Positions 59,786 through 64,000 of a stretch of 64,000 nucleotides of DNA are shown here, one piece after another (the first letter of the stretch is position 1; each line of letters begins with the position of its first letter). Below the pieces are notes generated by a model, which was given only the letters and a program-made list of their open reading frames with translations, was not told where the DNA came from and did not search any database. The stretch is from an uncultured bacterium. Its GTDB lineage: Bacteria > Hydrothermota > Tepidihabitantia > B3-TA06. Position numbers and translations under genes: made by a program. The DNA lies in NCBI GenBank assembly GCA_964624585.1, contig CAZUXE010000009.1, positions 744-64,743 of the forward strand, in the 5' to 3' direction.

Positions 59786-59946
59786 TTCTCCTACTAGTTC
59801 GATAGCCTTTATTTATCCTATCTCTTTCGTAAAGTTTATCGTTTAACTCTCCGTCTCTGTTGATGTTGCGGAGTTGTGGACGAATTAACGGTAAGCTGCT
59901 TGACAAGATTATTTAAACGCCTACACTAGCCTTTAGGAGGCGCAGA

Positions 59947-62106
59947 ATGAACACTGCTGGATGTAAAAAGTTGAAAAAACGAGACGGTCGGATTGTTGAT
60001 TTTAATCTTGACAAAATAACAAACGCTATCTATAAAGCAGCGCAAGCCGTTGGTGGAGAAGATAGAAATTTGGCCGAGACTCTCGCAGGGAAGGTTGCAG
60101 AGGAGCTTAATAAACGCTACGGTGAACTTGGTGTTCCTACTGTCGAAGATATTCAGGATATTGTAGAAACGGTTCTTATTCGTTCAGGATATGCAAAAAC
60201 TGCGAAGGCCTACATTCTCTACAGGCGTAAACGTGCTGAATTGCGTGAAGCTAAGCAGTTTTTTGTAGGTATTCAAGATGATTTGAAGCTCTCCTTAAAC
60301 GCACTTAAGGTTCTGGAACGCCGTTACTTATTGAAAGATGAGGAAGGCAGGGTTCGCGAAACTCCTACTCAAATGTTCAGGCGAGTGGCAAAGGCTATTG
60401 CAACTCCTGATGCTAAATATGGCGGAGATGTAACGGCAAGCGAAGACAAATTCTACAAAATTATGACAAATTTTGAGTTCTTACCCAACTCGCCGACCTT
60501 GATGAATGCCGGAACTGAACTTGGCCAACTGGCTGCCTGTTTTGTGCTGCCTGTGGAAGATGAAATGGATCTTATATTTGAATCTGTTAAGAACGCTGCT
60601 ATAATTCATAAAACAGGTGGTGGTACCGGATTCAGCTTTTCACGTTTGCGTCCTAAAAATGACATGGTTAAATCCACAGGTGGAATAGCTTCAGGCCCTC
60701 TTTCCTTTATGCGTGTTTTCGACGTAGCCACCGACGTTATCAAGCAAGGCGGTAGACGGCGTGGTGCAAATATGGGTATCCTTAGAATAGACCATCCCGA
60801 TATACTGGAATTTATAACTTGCAAGGAATCAGACGGAGTTCTTTCAAACTTCAATATCTCCGTGGGAATTACCGAGGAATTTATGCAGGCGGTGGCCAAT
60901 GATGACAATTACTATCTGCGCAATCCCCGTGACGGTAAGGCCGTAGGCAGTTTGCGTGCAAAAGATATTTTCAACCTTATGGTTACCATGGCCTGGCGTA
61001 CCGGTGACCCGGGCATAATTTTTCTTGATAGAATAAACAACGATAATCCGACACCTGAAATTGGTGAAATAGAAGCTACAAATCCATGCGGTGAGCAGCC
61101 ATTGCTTCCTTATGAGGCTTGCAACCTTGGTTCAATAAATTTGGCCAAAATGGTTAGCAATCATCAAATTGACTATGAACATCTAAAGGAAATAGTGCAT
61201 ACTGCCGTTCATTTTCTTGACAATGTAATTGATGCTGGGCGTTATCCCTTACCTGAAATTGGTGAAATGGTTCGCCGTAACCGCAAGATTGGTCTTGGAA
61301 TAATGGGATGGGCGGATATGTTGTTCTCCCTTGGCATTTCCTATAATTCAGATGAAGCAATTGAACTTGCCCGAAAAGTGATGAAATTTATTGCAGATGA
61401 AGCGGTGAAAGCCAGTGAAAACTTGGCTACTACTCGCGGTGCCTTTCCTTCTTTCCCAAAGTCGAAATTCGCTGTTGAGGGTAAACCTGCACGTCGTAAT
61501 GCCACAGTAACTACAATAGCTCCTACAGGAACTATCTCCATTATCGCAGGCTGTTCCTCAGGTATTGAACCTATTTTTGCTATCTCTTATATCCGCAACG
61601 TAATGGATAATACCGAACTTCTGGAAACCAATCCTATTTTCGAACAACTCGCTAAAGATATGGGCTTCTACAACGAAGGTCTTATGAAAGAGATAGCTAA
61701 ACACGGAACCCTAGCCCACATAGCTAAGATTCCCGATTCAGTGAAACGTATTTTTGTAACTGCTCATGATATCAACTCTTCTTGGCATGTTAAAATGCAG
61801 GCTGCATTCCAGGAATTTACAGATAATGCCGTTTCCAAAACAGTGAACTTGCCGAATCACGCGACACCTATGGATGTAGCCGATGTTTATATGCTTGCAT
61901 ATCGTTCTGGTTGCAAAGGGGTTACTGTATATCGCGACGGTTCCAAGCAAGCTCAGGTATTGAATATCGGTTCGGTAAACAAGAATCAGGAAAGTGCTAA
62001 TTCAGCTAACAGAATAGCACAGGCCTTATCAGGCCACTCCTATTCCAATAGGATGATGACTGTAAGCTCTGAATTCGCAGGTGACTGTCCAAAATGCAGT
62101 GCTTGA
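59947..62106 (+). CDS. nrdJ: class II adenosylcobalamin-dependent ribonucleotide reductase with N-terminal ATP-cone
   Basis: ATP-cone (KRDGRIVDFNLDKI); NSPTLMNAG; GGGTGFSFSRLRP; NPCGEQPL; C-terminal CPKC; strong colinearity with Thermotoga-type NrdJ; no nrdB nearby. Confidence 0.85.
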   Translation: MNTAGCKKLKKRDGRIVDFNLDKITNAIYKAAQAVGGEDRNLAETLAGKVAEELNKRYGELGVPTVEDIQDIVETVLIRSGYAKTAKAYILYRRKRAELREAKQFFVGIQDDLKLSLNALKVLERRYLLKDEEGRVRETPTQMFRRVAKAIATPDAKYGGDVTASEDKFYKIMTNFEFLPNSPTLMNAGTELGQLAACFVLPVEDEMDLIFESVKNAAIIHKTGGGTGFSFSRLRPKNDMVKSTGGIASGPLSFMRVFDVATDVIKQGGRRRGANMGILRIDHPDILEFITCKESDGVLSNFNISVGITEEFMQAVANDDNYYLRNPRDGKAVGSLRAKDIFNLMVTMAWRTGDPGIIFLDRINNDNPTPEIGEIEATNPCGEQPLLPYEACNLGSINLAKMVSNHQIDYEHLKEIVHTAVHFLDNVIDAGRYPLPEIGEMVRRNRKIGLGIMGWADMLFSLGISYNSDEAIELARKVMKFIADEAVKASENLATTRGAFPSFPKSKFAVEGKPARRNATVTTIAPTGTISIIAGCSSGIEPIFAISYIRNVMDNTELLETNPIFEQLAKDMGFYNEGLMKEIAKHGTLAHIAKIPDSVKRIFVTAHDINSSWHVKMQAAFQEFTDNAVSKTVNLPNHATPMDVADVYMLAYRSGCKGVTVYRDGSKQAQVLNIGSVNKNQESANSANRIAQALSGHSYSNRMMTVSSEFAGDCPKCSA

Positions 62107-62188
62107 GCATATCCTATTTAACTTAACTATGATGTGTTTCTTTAGTTTAAGAAGCTAACTCACTAAACCTTAACAGGTTGACACTCAA

Positions 62189-62216
62189 GGGCCGGGTTTT
62201 CCGGCCCATTTTTTAT
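62189..62216 (+). terminator. Rho-independent terminator after nrdJ (GGGCCGGgttttCCGGCCC followed by ATTTTTTAT)
   Basis: Direct read. Confidence 0.7.
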
Positions 62217-62541
62217 CTTAAAGTTGTGGCGTTTCTGCAAGATGTCTTTGGAGAAGTCAGCCGCTTTTTATCAAAAATGTTACTATGCTTTGGAATGAGT
62301 GTTTGTTGTCATTAAAATAAGGCTTGTAAAAACAGTTTGCGCTGATGCAGTAATTATTAGGTTTTGGATAGATTGTGTCATTTGTTTTTGCGTACCAAAA
62401 CTTATTTCCGAAAACCAAGTATCGTGGAGGGGGATGGCGTGCGGCGTCTTACAGGGCATTTACTGCTAATTTTGTTAAGAAACCGACTCGCAATGTATCT
62501 TATGAAAATAAAAAAGCCTTGCGCTTAGACCTAAGGTTTAA

Positions 62542-62612
62542 CTGGGGAACAGGGATTCGAACCCCGATTAACTGATCCAGAGTCAGCCGTCCTGCCGTTA
62601 GACGATTCCCCA
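62542..62612 (-). tRNA. tRNA-Gln (anticodon CTG)
   Basis: Reverse complement TGGGGAATCGTCTAACGGCAGGACG-GCTGA-CTCTGGA-TCAGT-TAAT-CGGGGTTCGAATCCCTG-TTCCCCAG folds with 7/5/5/5-bp stems. Confidence 0.85.
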
Positions 62613-62693
62613 AAAGATTGAAGCTGATTATAAAGATAAGCCTAAAGATGTCAAGAAGGCTTGACTCAGATTAATTAAAAAGTAGAATACAGT

Positions 62694-63893
62694 GTGCCGA
62701 AATATTTAAAGTTAGGCGTTTTTCTGCATGGTTTATTCTATACGGACGGCTCAAGAACCTTTTCACGTGTTCCCGGAGATGTATTTCTGGATGGTTTGGC
62801 TAGGTTCGGAATCAAATTCACAAATTTGTGTACCTCGCTAAAATTTTGTTTGCAACATACTGTTAAGGTTTTACCCACTACCGTCGAAGAACGGGCGATA
62901 AGGTTATTTCCGCTTCCTAGGTGGAATGATACAGCCGAAATCATGAGATCCTTACCATTTCAATGGAAAATGATAGGGAAAACTATTAGGAAATTTGTAC
63001 TGGCATCGGATATTCTTTGGTTGAGGGCACCCACACCTCTAATGGATATGTTCTTGCAAGAAGCACGTAGACAGAGGAAGCCGGTAGTTATTCATATGGC
63101 CGGAAATATAAGAGGCATGTGGCGTAGCTCAAAGCATAAAGGTTTTGGGAAAATACTTACTTATTTGGGGGGAATTGCATTTCACCGGTTTTACAGACAG
63201 GTTCTTAAAAATGAAACATTGCTGGCTACGGGTGCAGAACTTATGGAGTTCTTTTCCGGTTATGGACGAAAAGTGTTTCATTTTGTAGATAGTGTAGTTG
63301 ATTTTCCAAAAAAGAAGAGGATACCGGAAGTTATGCCCTCAAGGCTGTTATTTGTGGGGCGACTGGATCACGGAAAAGGTTTATTTACGGCTCTTCAAGC
63401 GATTAAAGAGGCGCAAGAAGCGAAAATTGAAGCGCATTTATCTATTGCAGGGACTGGTCCTATAAGTGATATCTTGAAAACGAGAGCACAAGACCTTAGT
63501 ATAGATAAACTTGTAACCTTCCACGGTTTTGTGCCTTACGGAAAAAAGTTAGAAAAAGTCTATAACGATAATCATATTTTACTTCTGTCCTCCGAAGCAA
63601 CGGAAGGGTTCCCCAGGGTGTTTCTTGAAGCGTGGTCTTACGGTTTAGGTATTATCGCTTCAAATGTTGGTGGTGTTAAAGATATTATAAGAACCTCTGA
63701 AAATGGTATTTTGATTCCACCAAATGACAGCAATGCTATTTGTAATTCTATTCGCGCCTTACAAAATAAACCTAGACTAATGCAGGCAATAGTTCAGGGA
63801 GGCTATGAGTCGTTGCGTTTTTACACAAGGGATGTTCAGCTTAAACTTGCAGCCGAAGTTATGTGGGATATTTACAAAGAGACTTGTTCTTAG
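62694..63893 (+). CDS. glycosyltransferase family 4 (GT-B, Glycos_transf_1); true start may be further downstream
   Basis: FVGRLDHGKG...EGFPRVFLEAWSYGLGIIASNVGGVKDII... typical GT4 C-terminal motif (E-X7-E). Confidence 0.7.
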   Translation: MPKYLKLGVFLHGLFYTDGSRTFSRVPGDVFLDGLARFGIKFTNLCTSLKFCLQHTVKVLPTTVEERAIRLFPLPRWNDTAEIMRSLPFQWKMIGKTIRKFVLASDILWLRAPTPLMDMFLQEARRQRKPVVIHMAGNIRGMWRSSKHKGFGKILTYLGGIAFHRFYRQVLKNETLLATGAELMEFFSGYGRKVFHFVDSVVDFPKKKRIPEVMPSRLLFVGRLDHGKGLFTALQAIKEAQEAKIEAHLSIAGTGPISDILKTRAQDLSIDKLVTFHGFVPYGKKLEKVYNDNHILLLSSEATEGFPRVFLEAWSYGLGIIASNVGGVKDIIRTSENGILIPPNDSNAICNSIRALQNKPRLMQAIVQGGYESLRFYTRDVQLKLAAEVMWDIYKETCS

Positions 63894-64000
63894 TGACATA
63901 ACTATAGATTATAATCGAATATTCTGCCGAGGCTTTTCTGAAACTAAATAAGAGCGCGTAATTATCGTTAATAAGGTTGACAGTGTTATTTTAACTCCTA

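Noticed and set aside
59586-59946. Cobalamin riboswitch or NrdR boxes upstream of nrdJ
   Set aside because: I could not recognise the B12-box consensus. I also could not find the paired 16-bp NrdR palindromes (acaCwAtATaTwGtgt). Only DnaA-box-like 9-mers stand out.
62375-62575. 66-aa plus-strand ORF
   Set aside because: It overlaps tRNA-Gln on the opposite strand and has no RBS or motifs.
1-64000. CRISPR arrays, IS elements/transposases, integrases, prophage genes
   Set aside because: I found no regularly spaced direct repeats and no transposase or integrase-like ORFs on either strand. The only mobile-looking segment is the tRNA-flanked R-M islet, and it carries no integrase.

Overview
This 64 kb window is a gene-dense chromosomal segment, most likely from a Gram-negative (diderm) bacterium with roughly 44% GC, possibly an FCB-group relative or a candidate phylum. 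Most genes lie on the minus strand.

Housekeeping content seen in the sequence:
- rpe, truncated at the window edge.
- A lipid A / outer-membrane cluster: skp-lpxD-lpxC-fabZ-lpxA.
- Phosphate acyltransferase (pta/ptb family).
- A conserved cluster: tilS-ftsH-folE-folP-cdaA, preceded by uppP.
- Two Omp85-family genes, one in a TamA/TamB pair.
- glyQ-glyS, gatCAB, a bifunctional formiminotransferase-cyclodeaminase, and a class II (B12-dependent) ribonucleotide reductase nrdJ.
- Three tRNAs: Ala-GGC, Thr-CGT and Gln-CTG.

Accessory or unusual content:
1. A low-GC restriction-modification islet between tRNA-Ala and tRNA-Thr.
2. A DNA methyltransferase fused to an Mrr-like PD-(D/E)xK nuclease domain, immediately downstream of a PriA homolog whose ATPase motifs (Walker A, Walker B, motif III, arginine finger) are all degenerate.
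3. A 2199-aa multi-PAS/GAF sensor histidine kinase followed by two paralogous receiver proteins with Roadblock/LC7-like and DUF4388 output domains.
4. Two tandem kinase-less PASTA-domain membrane proteins in the position normally held by a PASTA Ser/Thr kinase upstream of rpe.
5. lpxC and fabZ in overlapping, different frames (fused in many relatives).
6. A Skp chaperone with a ~160-aa C-terminal extension.
7. FolP with a ~135-aa N-terminal extension, translationally coupled to cdaA.
8. An HNH endonuclease gene with no canonical in-frame start codon.
9. A cluster of DnaA boxes upstream of nrdJ.
10. An ~800-bp non-coding gap containing a polypyrimidine tract.

No CRISPR arrays, transposases or rRNA genes were seen. 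All protein calls rest on motif and family recognition by eye from the translated ORFs; no database search was run.
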